Assembly (NCBI GenBank): GCA_951406725.2
Contig: OX597815.1
Location: 55,738,001-55,802,000 of the forward strand
From: Octopus vulgaris
Taxonomy: Eukaryota
Direction of reading: 5' to 3'
Length of the DNA stretch: 64,000 nt
Shown here: positions 53,100-64,000 of the stretch, piece after piece
Layout: every line of letters starts with the position of its first letter
How positions within the stretch are numbered: position 1 is the first letter of the stretch
The notes under the pieces: model-generated
Seen by the model: only the letters and a program-made list of their open reading frames with translations
The model's database searches: none
What the model was told of the DNA's origin: nothing
Position numbers and translations under genes: made by a program

Positions 53100-53518
53100 A
53101 AGAAAGCGAAAAAATAAAACAAAAATGATAGTGTTCAGTGTGTTCGCGACAGGAATTTCTCTCAAAGAGATATGGTTAAACAATGTACATCACATTTCCT
53201 CTTTCTCTAACATACCCACTCTTTGTCTCTCTTTTATTATTACTCCCATTGCCACAGTCAACACGACTTCTTTTAATAAAACATCATCAACTCTCCTTAA
53301 ATTTCTTTGTTTCTCTCTCTCTCTGCCTGTCCTCGCCACTGCCCTCACCGTCTCTATGCCAACTATTACTCTCACTTCATCATGAGGAATAGTAGGAGTG
53401 TCATTGAATTGTCAGAGAGGAAGTCTAAGCGTGACACACTGGCATACAGAAATTAGTTTTCGCATTTATTATATTATATTATATTATATTATATTATATT
53501 ATATTATATTATATTAGA

Positions 53519-54022
53519 GGAAAAACCAAAACCAAGGCAGAACCAGTATCTCAAGTCACTTAGAATAATTTAGTTAAGGTAAGGTGAATTTGAAGTCATA
53601 CAGCCGTTTCTGGGATAACCCAAGTGGCTGGTTAGAGATAAGGTATGGATATTTTAGACGAGGAAGAGTTACAGTTTACAAGGAATAAAATTCACGGTTT
53701 ATAAGGAATGATTTAGAAGAATAAAGGAGTAAAATAGAAGAATAAAGGAGTAAAATAGAAGAATAAAGGAGTAAAATAGAAGAATAAAGGAGTAAAAGTA
53801 GTTAGAATAATATAGGTAGGAGAATAACTAAAAACTTGTATCTCCATAGAAGTACCAACCAACGTCCTCTGGAAAAAGATGAGCTATGAACATTATTTTC
53901 CCACTTATATTCTTCTAACTACTTTTACTCTTTATTCTTCTATTTTATTCCTTCATTTTTTCTATTTTATTCTTTATGAACAGTAAATTTTATTCCTTGT
54001 AAATTGTAAATCTTCCCTGTCT
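53519..54022. repeat. Fold-back insertion with diverged inverted arms and a 21-bp tandem array
   Basis: 53656-53820 is inversely similar to 53899-54022; four copies of tagaagaataaaggagtaaaa at 53713-53797; flanked by (TATAT)n and TA. Confidence 0.75.
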
Positions 54023-54168
54023 ATATATATACATGCTATAACGGAACCCTAACGCGGATCCTTAGATCCAGCCTTAGCTGTGATCTTGGAACCTAACGGT
54101 TGAGAAACTAAAGCCCTTAACCAGCGTACCTATTCGTTTAAATCACAAGTGAACTAAACCCCTCATAT

Positions 54169-54237
<69 letters not shown>

Positions 54238-54248
54238 ATATATATATA

Positions 54249-55517
54249 CGAGGGACGTTCAATAAGTAATGCCCCTGACCCACTTCCCATAGCAGTAGAG
54301 CAACGAAACTTGGCACAGTTATTAGTCTTTTTCTACATAGGAACCACCCAGAGTTACGCATTTCTCCCATCGTTTGATGCAGCTCTGAAGACCGTTTTTG
54401 TAGAAGACCCCAGCTTGGTCCCCCAACCACGACGTGACTTCAGAAATCAAGGCTGCATCATCTGGGAAACGCTTTCCTTTCAAAAACAACTTCATGGCTA
54501 GGAAGAGGTGAAAATCAGAGGGTGCAGGTCAGGAGATGGGGGATGAGTTCATAGCCGCACGCCTGGGCTTCTGATCTGGCGACACGCGAGTTGTGGATCG
54601 GAGCGTTGTCCTGCAGGAGGAGGATGCCTTTGCTGATCTTGATTTTGATAGCTTCTCTTAATTTCCTCAAAAGTGAAGCATAATAGACTCCTGTAATTGT
54701 GGCACCCTTTTCCAAGAAATCTGTCATCACTACTCCGTCCTGGTCCCAGAAGACTGTGAGCATGACCTTGCCAGCGGAGGGCTGCACCCTTGCCTTCTTT
54801 GGAGGAGGTGAGTCACGGTGCTTCCACTGCATTGACTGGGCTTTGGTCTCTGGATCATAGTGATGGACCCAGGTTTCATCCTGTGTAATCAGTCCTTTGA
54901 AAAATTTTGACTCATCTTCTTGGCACATCTTCAAATTCATCCTCGCGCTATCGACGCGTTCTTGCTTCTGGAAAGGTGTGAGCAGCCTGGGAATCCATCT
55001 GGCAGACACCTTTTGCATATGCAAATGGTCATGAATGATAGTTTCCACAGACCCGGTACTAATCTTGACCTCATGGGCTATTTGGCGAATAGTTATGCGT
55101 CGATCTTCCAAAATGGCAGCCTCAGCTTGACGGACAGATGCCTCATCAATGGCAGAAGGGGGCGACCAGATCTGGGAGCTGTTTCCACAAAGTTCCGACC
55201 ATGTTTGAATTCACGATGCCAGCGTTTTACAAGGTCATATGATGGGGCATCATCACCATAAGTTACTTTTATTTCATCAAAAGTCTCCCGTGGTGTGCGT
55301 CCTTTCAAATACAAAAACCGCATCACTGCTCGACACTCAACAGGCTCCGTTTCACACTTGACTCAGTTCAAACACATGTAAATCAGAAACCACAATTAGT
55401 TCAGAGCTGTAATTTGCCACTTAATCTATAGAGATATAGGTAATTGCACATGCAAAATTTCAGCTAGATCAAACAACTGCAAGTGGGTCAGAGGCATTAC
55501 TTATTGAACGCCCCTCG
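54249..55517 (-). mobile_element. Full-length mariner transposon (1269 bp) with a frameshifted transposase
   Basis: TIRs cgagggacgttcaataagtaatgcccctgacccactt / aagtgggtcagaggcattacttattgaacgcccctcg; TA flanks; APRSGRP, WIPRLL, TQDETWVHHYDP, LQDNAPIH, SPDL.PSDFHLF, RWEKCV..GGSYVEKD*. Confidence 0.95.
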
Positions 55518-55534
55518 TATATATATATATATAT

Positions 55535-55705
55535 AAAGTTAATCCAAACAAGAAAACAAAAACACAACAACGCAAGGATGTGGAACAAATAAAGTATTAT
55601 TGGACGCTCAGGAAAGAAGGGAAGAAGGAGGGTTTGACGTTTCGAGCGGAGCTCTTCGTCGGAAACATAGGAGAAAGAAAGTCCCGAGACGGGAGGACAA
55701 AGGAA
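55535..55705 (-). mobile_element. Short Penelope-like 3' fragment in (TA)n carrying a hammerhead
   Basis: ~170-bp non-coding block between TA tracts; hammerhead at 55632-55666. Confidence 0.65.
55632..55666 (-). ncRNA. Minimal type I hammerhead ribozyme motif, variant core
   Basis: Minus strand gttt-CCGACGA-a-gagc-tcc-gctc-GAAA-cg-TC-aaac: perfect stems I and II, palindromic ACGU stem III, GUC triplet. Confidence 0.75.
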
Positions 55706-55817
55706 TATATGTATATATATATATATATAAGAATACAAAAAATGGGACAAGAACGCAAAACATCCAGACATATGTATGTATACATGTTTGTATGTATGTA
55801 TCTATGTATGTATTATG

Positions 55818-55851
<34 letters not shown>

Positions 55852-56389
55852 TGTATGTATGTATGTATGTATGTATGTAGGTATGTATGTATGTATGTAT
55901 GTATGTATATGAAGAAATGTAACAAATTTCGACTTGTTAAAGTTGAGTAATACGATAACGTAAATCTCCTGATCTGAGGATCCTTGCTTAGCCTATAAAC
56001 ACTTCTATGCAACTATATGTACGTTGTATGTAAACTATATGAAGATGTCAGTAGAATCGACAAGTTTAGACTTTGCTGCTGAAACCAAGATAATGTTCTT
56101 CTCTGGATCTAGTTACACTGGTAGAGTAAGTTTCACATCTAGCTATTTTACTCTATAAGCTGTAAAAGGCAGACTTATTTTCTTATTTCATAAGTGATAC
56201 ACAAACATATTGGCAGTTGAAATAGAAGAATGGAGGAAATTCGAGTTAAAAGAAAGAAATATGAGTTTCAAGGATAAACGAAATATTCAGAAGAGGCTAG
56301 TAATACAAAGAATGAGAGTGAGAAAGAAGACAGCGTAAGGCACGAAATTGAGCTTCGGGAGAAAGAGAAAGGGAAACATTTGAAAAGAT

Positions 56390-56846
56390 ATTGGTTTCAA
56401 ATTTAGGTACAAAGCCAACAGTTTTGGTGGGTAAGCCGATTAAATCGACCCCAGTACTCAACAGGTACTGATTTTATCGACCTCAAAAGGATAAAAGGCA
56501 AAGTTGGCCTCTGTGGAATTCGAACTTAAACTGTGAAGACGGACGAAATGCTACTAAGCATTTTCCTCGGCGCGGTAACGATTCTGTCACCTCACCGCCT
56601 TACAGCTAAAGACATATTAAAAATGAAAAGTGACAAAATAATAGTTTCAAATTTTGGTACGTGACCAGAATTTTCGAGGAGGGGAGTAAGTCGATTACAA
56701 TGTTCAACTGATACTTATTTTATGGACTCCGAAAGGATAAAAGTCAAAGTCGACTTCGGCGGAATTTGAACGCAGAACGTAAAGACGGACAAAATGCCGC
56801 TAAGCATTTTGCTCGGCGCAGTAATGATTCTGACAACTCGCCGCCA
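56390..56846 (-). mobile_element. Two SINE family B copies
   Basis: 56390-56600 and 56643-56846, each with aaggataaaa..caaagt..ggaatt..gaac..aagcatttt..cgcc. Confidence 0.8.
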
Positions 56847-56883
56847 TAAAACGCGCAGAAAAAAAATTAAGAAGATGATATAT

Positions 56884-57156
56884 TTTATTTGTTTCAGTCG
56901 TTAAACTGCAGCCATATTGGGGCACCGCCTTGTAGAAATTTTAGTCAAATGAATCGACCCCAGTACATTTTTTTAAAGCCTGGTACTCATTTTATAGATC
57001 TTTTACCTCACCACTAAATTTCACACCAACACCAGTAGTTAAGCGGTGGTGGGGACAAAGACACACACACACATATATACATATGCATACATACCTACAT
57101 ACACACATAGATACATACATACGTACACACATGCATACATATATACATACATACAT

Positions 57157-57208
<52 letters not shown>

Positions 57209-57354
57209 GACAGGCTTGTTAAATCCACTCACAAGGTTTTGGTCGGCCCGAGTCTATAGCAAAAGATACTCCCCCAAGGTGCCACGTAGTGGTACTGAAC
57301 CCGGATCCATGTCATTGGGAAGCATGCTTCTTATCACGCAGTAACGTCTGCGCC
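56884..57354 (-). mobile_element. SINE family A, diverged
   Basis: tgtttcagtc..ggcaccgcc..aatcgacccc..atccactcacaagg..caaggtgccacg..ctgcgcc. Confidence 0.8.
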
Positions 57355-58198
57355 TATATATTAAGAAACACTCGGAAGACAGAAAATAAAGAAAAAGGTT
57401 ATTGTGCTTAATTTTTTAAATTGAAGTGGAATCCTAACATTCGATTTAGTAACTGACTGTTCCACTTCAGTATTTTCCTGTTATTAACCACGGTTCAAAC
57501 AATGTTTCAGTTATTCTCTCTGTTACAGATTCTTTTTATGATTAAGTGTTAATAGTTTTTGTTGTGACAAAAAAAAACTTACTTTATCAACAGATCAGCA
57601 AAATCTATTAAAACATACTTGGCTGGAATAATTGAACATCACTTCGTTGACATGATTTAAAGATACTTATAAAACCAGTGGAAGAATGAATGTGAAGACA
57701 GTGAAAACATATTTTACAACAACCATTTTGTTTCACATATGACAGCTTCACATTGTTGTCTTTTTAATAACTTGCTGTTTTTATTGACTAAATAGGCTAA
57801 GGAACAGAATTGTATCCAATCTGTTTTTAATCCTTGCTGATCTATTAGGAAATATATATATGCCAAACATTCCATCTGATATGCTTCGTAAATCTAAAAT
57901 ATTCTGTTTATATTAAAAAAACAAAAACAAAAAAAGATATACAATGATGAATAATATACGAATCAAGTAAAGTATACCTTAAATCCGGTTTCAGTTACTT
58001 ATTGTGATTTTCTTGATTTTCTTTCGTTGCTTAATGCAATGCTAACCAACTTGAAATATAGAATTGTCTCCCTTACCATCGGCAACAATTGTCATTGTTT
58101 GATATTTCCTTTTAATTGTGAGTGTAATTTTGATAGCTTATTTTATTTTTCGCTCCCTATAGTTAATACATTAGCTCTCACTAATGAGAGAATGTGTA

Positions 58199-58266
<68 letters not shown>

Positions 58267-58469
58267 TGCGTGCGTGCGTGTGTGTGTACATACGTGTATA
58301 CGTATGTATTTACGTATGTATTTCACAACTTTTATTAGACCTTCTCAGCTAAGCATTGTACTTGCCAGGTAATTGAACAAATGTGAGAATATGCGAGGTT
58401 TGAAGGAGAAATTATTAACTGATTAGGCAATTTGAACATTTTCCTTAGCCACCTCCAGCAAAACAATGC

Positions 58470-58650
58470 ATAAGTATGGTATGAAATGTATTGCGGCATT
58501 TCTTCCGGCTTTTTATGTTCTGAGTTCAAATCACACTGCCTTTCATCGCTCCGAGGTCAATAAAATAAAGTACTAGACCATTGGAGTTGATGGTATCGAA
58601 TAAACCCTTCCCTTTTAAATTGCTAAATTTGTGCCTGAATCAAAGACCAT
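58470..58650 (+). mobile_element. SINE family B fragment
   Basis: gttctgagttcaaat..gcctttcatc..gaggtcaataaaataagtac. Confidence 0.6.
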
Positions 58651-59143
58651 CCTTTTACTGGTCTCTGTATCATCTCTGGCACAGCTTTCAAGGGTTTTAG
58701 TCGTTTATATTGTTCCTAGTTTCTATTTATCCACTGTTTATCGAATAGTTAATTGTTTGAAGGGAAGGCTGTAAACTCGACATAGCTCAATACCAATCAT
58801 GGCACGGTGATGCCACTTCGTTTTCCCGAAAGAAAACGAACTCCCTTATCTCTCTGTATTATTACATTTTGCATCGCGCGCGTGCGTGTTCGTGCGTGAT
58901 TAAGCGTATTCTTAAGTGCGGGATAGGCGAAATATTTTTGTTTTTACGATTTTTAACGTAGGTGGTGAGTGTCACGAAGCTCTGTATACGCCTACGCATT
59001 TATATATGTGTTAAGTATACTTAAGTGTGCTGGTATCTATATATGTTTATATATAACTGTATATGTATTTGAAAAAGTAACGAATTTAAAGTATTATTCT
59101 GTATAGGCACACTCCTTAATACACTTGTATTTCTATAAATAAG

Positions 59144-59197
<54 letters not shown>

Positions 59198-59430
59198 CGC
59201 GCATGCATTAGAGATGGTAAAGTAAAGTGAGTGGCAGGCAGACAGAGAAAAAGAGGAAGTAAGATATAATGAAGAGAGAGGGAGGAGAGGGAAAAGAGAG
59301 AGAAAGGGAGAGAGCATATAGTGTTTGAGTGAAGTTAAGGATTGAAAGACGAGAGGAAGCAAATGAAACAAAACAATCGACGAAAGTAACTCCCTCATAG
59401 TAAGCAATTTCAACACAAAAGTCAATGTAA

Positions 59431-59715
59431 TTACGTCACTGAAGTAGATAAAAACTACAGCGGAAGTGGGATTGGCCTGAACTTGGCCTTCAGAAAACAC
59501 CAGCACTCAGATTACCTGAGTGACGTAAGTAATGACGTATGCAGCACATAATTAGTTTCGAGTTTATTTATAGCACAACTGCTTCTTTATTTTATAACAT
59601 TTTATATAAAGCTACGTCACTTTTATTTTGAGGTTTCCCATCCTCAAGTATTACGTAATAAACCGGGAGATTCTCAGAGAATTTTCTCTACTAATCTATT
59701 TTTAGTGCCTATAAA
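59431..59715. promoter_or_regulatory. Candidate bZIP (CRE/ATF/PAR) + ETS + CCAAT motif cluster
   Basis: TTACGTCA 59431, CGGAAGT 59461, ATTGG 59471, TGACGTAA 59521, TGACGTA 59533, TACGTCA 59613, TTACGTAA 59651, TATAAA 59710. Confidence 0.4.
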
Positions 59716-59835
59716 TATAATGTGGGCATGAACGTATGTATAATTGTGCGTATACACAGACAAACACTCACATATAAGGTATGTATTCATATATATATAC
59801 ATATATATATATATATACATATATATATATTCTCT

Positions 59836-60198
59836 CTTTTACTCTCTTTTACTTGTTTCAGTCATTTGACTGCGACCATGCTGGAGCACCGCCTTTTAGT
59901 CGAGCAAATCGACCCCGGGACTTATTCTTTGTAAGCCCAGCTTATTCTATCGGTCTCTTTTGCCGAACCGCTAAGTGACGGGGACGTAAACACACCAGGG
60001 GGACAAACACATACACACACATATATATACATATATACGACAGGCTTCTTTCAGTTTCCGTCTACCAAATCCACTCACAAGGCATTGGTCGGCCCGGGGC
60101 TATAGCAGAAGTCACTTGCCCAAGGTGCCACGCAGTGGGACTGAACCCGGAAACATGTGGTTGGTTAGCAAGCTACTTCCCACACAGCCACTCCTGCG

Positions 60199-60200
<2 letters not shown>
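59836..60200 (-). mobile_element. SINE family A with a private internal deletion
   Basis: Colinear with 7563-7953 but lacks catcggttgtcaagcaatgcta. Confidence 0.9.
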
Positions 60201-60282
<82 letters not shown>

Positions 60283-60286
<4 letters not shown>

Positions 60287-60522
60287 TGTGTGGGAAGTAG
60301 CTTGCTAACCAACCACATGTTTCCGGGTTCAGTCCCACTGCGTGGCACCTTGGGCAAGTGACTTCTGCTATAGCCCCGAGCCGACCAATGCCTTGTGAGT
60401 GGATTTGGTAGACGGAAACTGAAAGAAGCCTGTCGTATATATGTATATATATATATATGTGTGTGTGTATGTGTTTGTCCCCCTGGTGTGTTTACGTCCC
60501 CGTCACTTAGCGGTTCGGCAAA
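60283..60522 (+). mobile_element. Inverted near-identical copy of the preceding SINE
   Basis: Reverse complement of ~59958-60190, including the same deletion and variants. Confidence 0.9.
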
Positions 60523-60753
60523 GGCGTCGAGCTGGCAGAAACGTTAGCACGCCGGGCGAAATGCGTAGCCGTATTTCGTCTGTCGTTACGTTGTGAGTTC
60601 AAATTCCGCCGAGGTCGACTTTGCCTTTCATCCTTTCGGGGTCGATTAAATAAGTACCAGTTACCTCACTGGGGTCGATATAATCGACTTAATCCGTTTG
60701 TCTGTCCTTGTTTGTCCCCTCTGTGTTTAGCCCCTTGTGGGTAGTAAAGAAAT
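60523..60753 (+). mobile_element. SINE family B, full length
   Basis: ggcgtcgagctggcagaaacgttagcacgccggg..gccccttgtgggtagtaaagaaata. Confidence 0.9.
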
Positions 60754-60803
60754 ATATATATATATATATACATACATACACACATACACACACATATATA
60801 TAT

Positions 60804-60834
<31 letters not shown>

Positions 60835-61110
60835 TATATATAACATATTCAGAGAGAGAGAAGGGATAGAAAGAGAGGGAGGGAGAGGGAGGGATAGATA
60901 GACAGAGACAAAGCGGTAGAGGGAGAGAGAATGACACAGATAGAAAGAAAGAGGAAGAGAGAGAGAGAGAGAGAGAAGTATTGGTATGGCTGTGTGTCGC
61001 TTGGCAATAACATGATTCAGGGTTCCGTCTTAATGCAGGGCACTTAGTGCAAGAGTACATTGGTATTGTAAATAAAACATATTTCTTACATTCATACAAA
61101 TACACACATT

Positions 61111-61157
<47 letters not shown>

Positions 61158-61267
61158 CATCCATCTAACAACTATCTGTCTGTCTCTCAGCCTGTCTATT
61201 TATCTATCTACCTATCTATCTGTCTCTTCCTCTCTCTCTCTCTTTCTCTCTCTCTTTCTGCTTCTCC

Positions 61268-61316
<49 letters not shown>

Positions 61317-64000
61317 TCATTCGATATGTGTGTGCGTGCATGTTTGTCTGCACTCAATAATAGTGTAGTGTCGGTGTTTTTAAAACGATGTTATAGTAAT
61401 AATTTTGGGGTGTTTTAGATGTGTCTATCGCTTTGACTAGATCAAATATGTAATGTCTGAGAATCTGTGCTAGAGTTAGCCGTCGCGACATTATAAAAAT
61501 GGTCTGTCAGAGTGGTATATGTGCGGCCTGTGATTGTACAAAATGTTGCATTTAGCGTTAAAAGATTCGGAAATCAGAGTAGATTGGTATAAATTTATAG
61601 CGGATCCAATTTATTTGTACGCTAGTGATGTTCATTCTTTGTGTTGGAATACTGTAATGCCTGCGAATGCTATTAGAAAACTTCTACGCCGACTTACTCC
61701 GTTCAATATACATCCAAATAATTTGTGAAACTTGTAGAAATGTTGAAAGTAATTCCTGGTATTTTAAGTCTACTTTTGTTTTAGGGGAAAACTTCTAGGC
61801 GCTTGGTTTAGAAGTGGAATAGTTATGAATTTAAATCTAGTAAAGGGTGGCACTACACAGCTACGATGTCCTATCTGTAATTGTATGTAGGTTTTGCAGG
61901 AGCGTTAACATATCTTGTAAAATATAAATTAAATTGAACGAGTGAGAGCATTGATCCTTGCAGTTGCAGTACTTCATTATTGAAATTACAAATTCTAGCT
62001 GTGATGTTACAGTACTCTACAAAGGTTTGATAACCTGAAATAGGCCTTGCGTATAGTTTGTAAGGAAATATATTGTACTTAGTAATGCGGTGACTAGCAC
62101 TGAACCCTAAAACCTCGGTAATGTCAATGGTAATTAGACTTGAATGTGTGTGTGTGCGCGCATGTATGTGGGCATATGTGTATGTGTGTGTATGCATGTG
62201 TGTGTGCGTGTGTTTGTTTGTCTGTGTTTAATTTAATCGCTTTGATGTCTCTACATAGTCTGCGATAGAGTTCTCACCCAAACCGCTTTTCTAAAAATAG
62301 AAAAACCTTATTGAAAAATCTTAAGTCTCTATTATCCATATTAGAGTTTGATTTAATTTATATAGATTTATAGCTGTTCATCTCCCAGATCTCCTCAACA
62401 TACTGCTCGACCGTCACTGATAAAGAACATTTTTAAAAAGAGTTTATTTGCTAGGGAAATAATTGCCAGAAAATAGTGAGCATCGAGTGAAATAGGAATT
62501 AATCCTTCATTCTTACCAAAAAACTGATTTGGTTCCCACTGACATGTAGAACATATTTGCACACTAGAATACATATACATGCTAGTGGGTGTGTGCATGT
62601 GTGATAAAAAAAATACAATCAATGCCACAGACATTGTATGTGTGTATGAGTGCACATTTGTTGATCTATGTCAACTTGACCTTTCATATCAATGACCTGT
62701 CTGGTTTATTTTTATTTGTTACTCTTTTTTAACATTATTCTGAACATAGACAAGTAGGACAAAGTGCGGTTATAATGTGTTGATTACAACACGATATAAA
62801 CAACTCATCTTAAATAACCACACCTTTTATGTGTAAAGGGAAGACAAATACTATTTACTAGCCCAGTACTCGGGTTCGAGTGTATCATTGAAGATTTTGC
62901 TTTTGTGAGGTTAGGCAAAGTAAATTATAAGTAGGTGCTCTTTCTATCGCTTCGTAGTATGAAGGTCTTTAAAATATTTGAAACAATTTGAATACCGAAA
63001 AATAGGTCTAAATAAACGACAGACTTATTAATCCCTTTCCTACATGCAAAACTATTTCCACTGCATGTTGAATAAGGTAATCTGAATTACCCACAAATTC
63101 TAATGAGGGAGAACTTATGATTTTTTTCTTTTTGTGAATTATCAATTTGTGTAGATTCAAATTTCCATTTATCGCCAATTAATGACTAAATTTCAAAGAA
63201 ATGCTTGTTACTTTTTTATTGTCGCTGTTTTCTAATAGACAGTAAGCATCACGAAAAACATGTAACAGATAAAATCACCTTTGCCGATTTAAAAATTTGT
63301 TTCAGTTATAACTATACATTTGGAAACTACTTATAGTTTCTTTACACAAGTCCTCTGCTTGAGAGTAAAATTTTCGTTAGATTTAAATTGTTAACAAAGC
63401 TTCCATAACATCTAGTTTTTGTGGAATTTTAGATCAGATAATGGTTTTATCAATTAATATTCTTATATCTAGTTTTCTTTAGTGGTCTGTATTGTTGTGT
63501 ACTGTGATGACACCTTGAAAATGCATGATCAACCCGTGGAGAAGCGTTGTATTTGCGTACATGATCTTTGAGTTCATTTGAGTACATTGGTTAACTGCAG
63601 CACATTCTATGTTTAGTAGATTTCTAAGTTCACACTAATGAGAAAGTCTTTCATTCTGATAAATTTTGAAATATATTCTCACTGTTAGCTTAAGATAGGG
63701 TGTTATACATGTGTTCAGTTTTAATTGGGGTTTTTTTTTTACGTAAACATCCATTCTATATCTACGATGCATTTGGTGTATTTTATAACTAGGATGCGTA
63801 CATGTGTTTTGTATGCCTTTGCTGGATGTTGTGTTTGTTTTAGTTATTGTAGCGCAGTAGTTCTTGTAGTGTTCAACAGTTTTGTCTATAAGTGTGTTCA
63901 ACCATCCGCTACTGAATAGTGTATGCTTAATTCTTTAGGTTTCTTTTTTAAGGTGACTTTCAACAAACGAACATTGTAAAAAAATCTTCTCAGAAAGGAT

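Noticed and set aside
53713-53797. Regular short repeats suggestive of a CRISPR array
   Set aside because: Contiguous 21-bp tandem units without spacers, in eukaryotic context with no cas genes.
61400-64000. Long AT-rich stretch without recognisable repeats
   Set aside because: No supported ORF, RNA structure or repeat; likely ordinary intronic or intergenic DNA.

Overview
AT-rich, repeat-dominated eukaryotic DNA. The SINE families and the dense (TA)n/(CA)n/(TATG)n microsatellites resemble octopus (cephalopod) sequence; this is recalled family resemblance, not a search result. I could not support any intact host protein-coding gene, and most ORFs in the track are microsatellite or SINE read-throughs. 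The window is a mosaic of decayed mobile elements: hAT (Charlie/ZBED5-like and ZMYM1-like), two mariners, a Tc1-like fragment, a Chapaev3-like element, Helitron pieces, a Gypsy pol with a 3' LTR, CR1, R4/Dong and Tx1-like LINE fragments, several Penelope-like (PLE) remnants and about 20 tRNA-derived SINEs. The most interesting signal is a set of short non-coding fold-back insertions in (TA)/(TG) microsatellites, plus hand-folded type I hammerhead-ribozyme motifs (15392-15452 +, 42629-42734 +, 55632-55666 -, 33386-33430 -). Two of these have an atypical C4 core with C3-G8/U3-A8 covariation, suggesting non-autonomous Penelope/retrozyme-like elements. Other notable items: a palindromic MITE with internal TTAGGG repeats and a perfect 8-bp TSD, a CR1 LINE sharing its 3' tail with the dominant SINE, a perfect 81-bp templated insertion in the Gypsy RT, and a CRE/ETS/CCAAT motif cluster. 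All calls were made by eye; boundaries are approximate unless a TSD or TIR is quoted.
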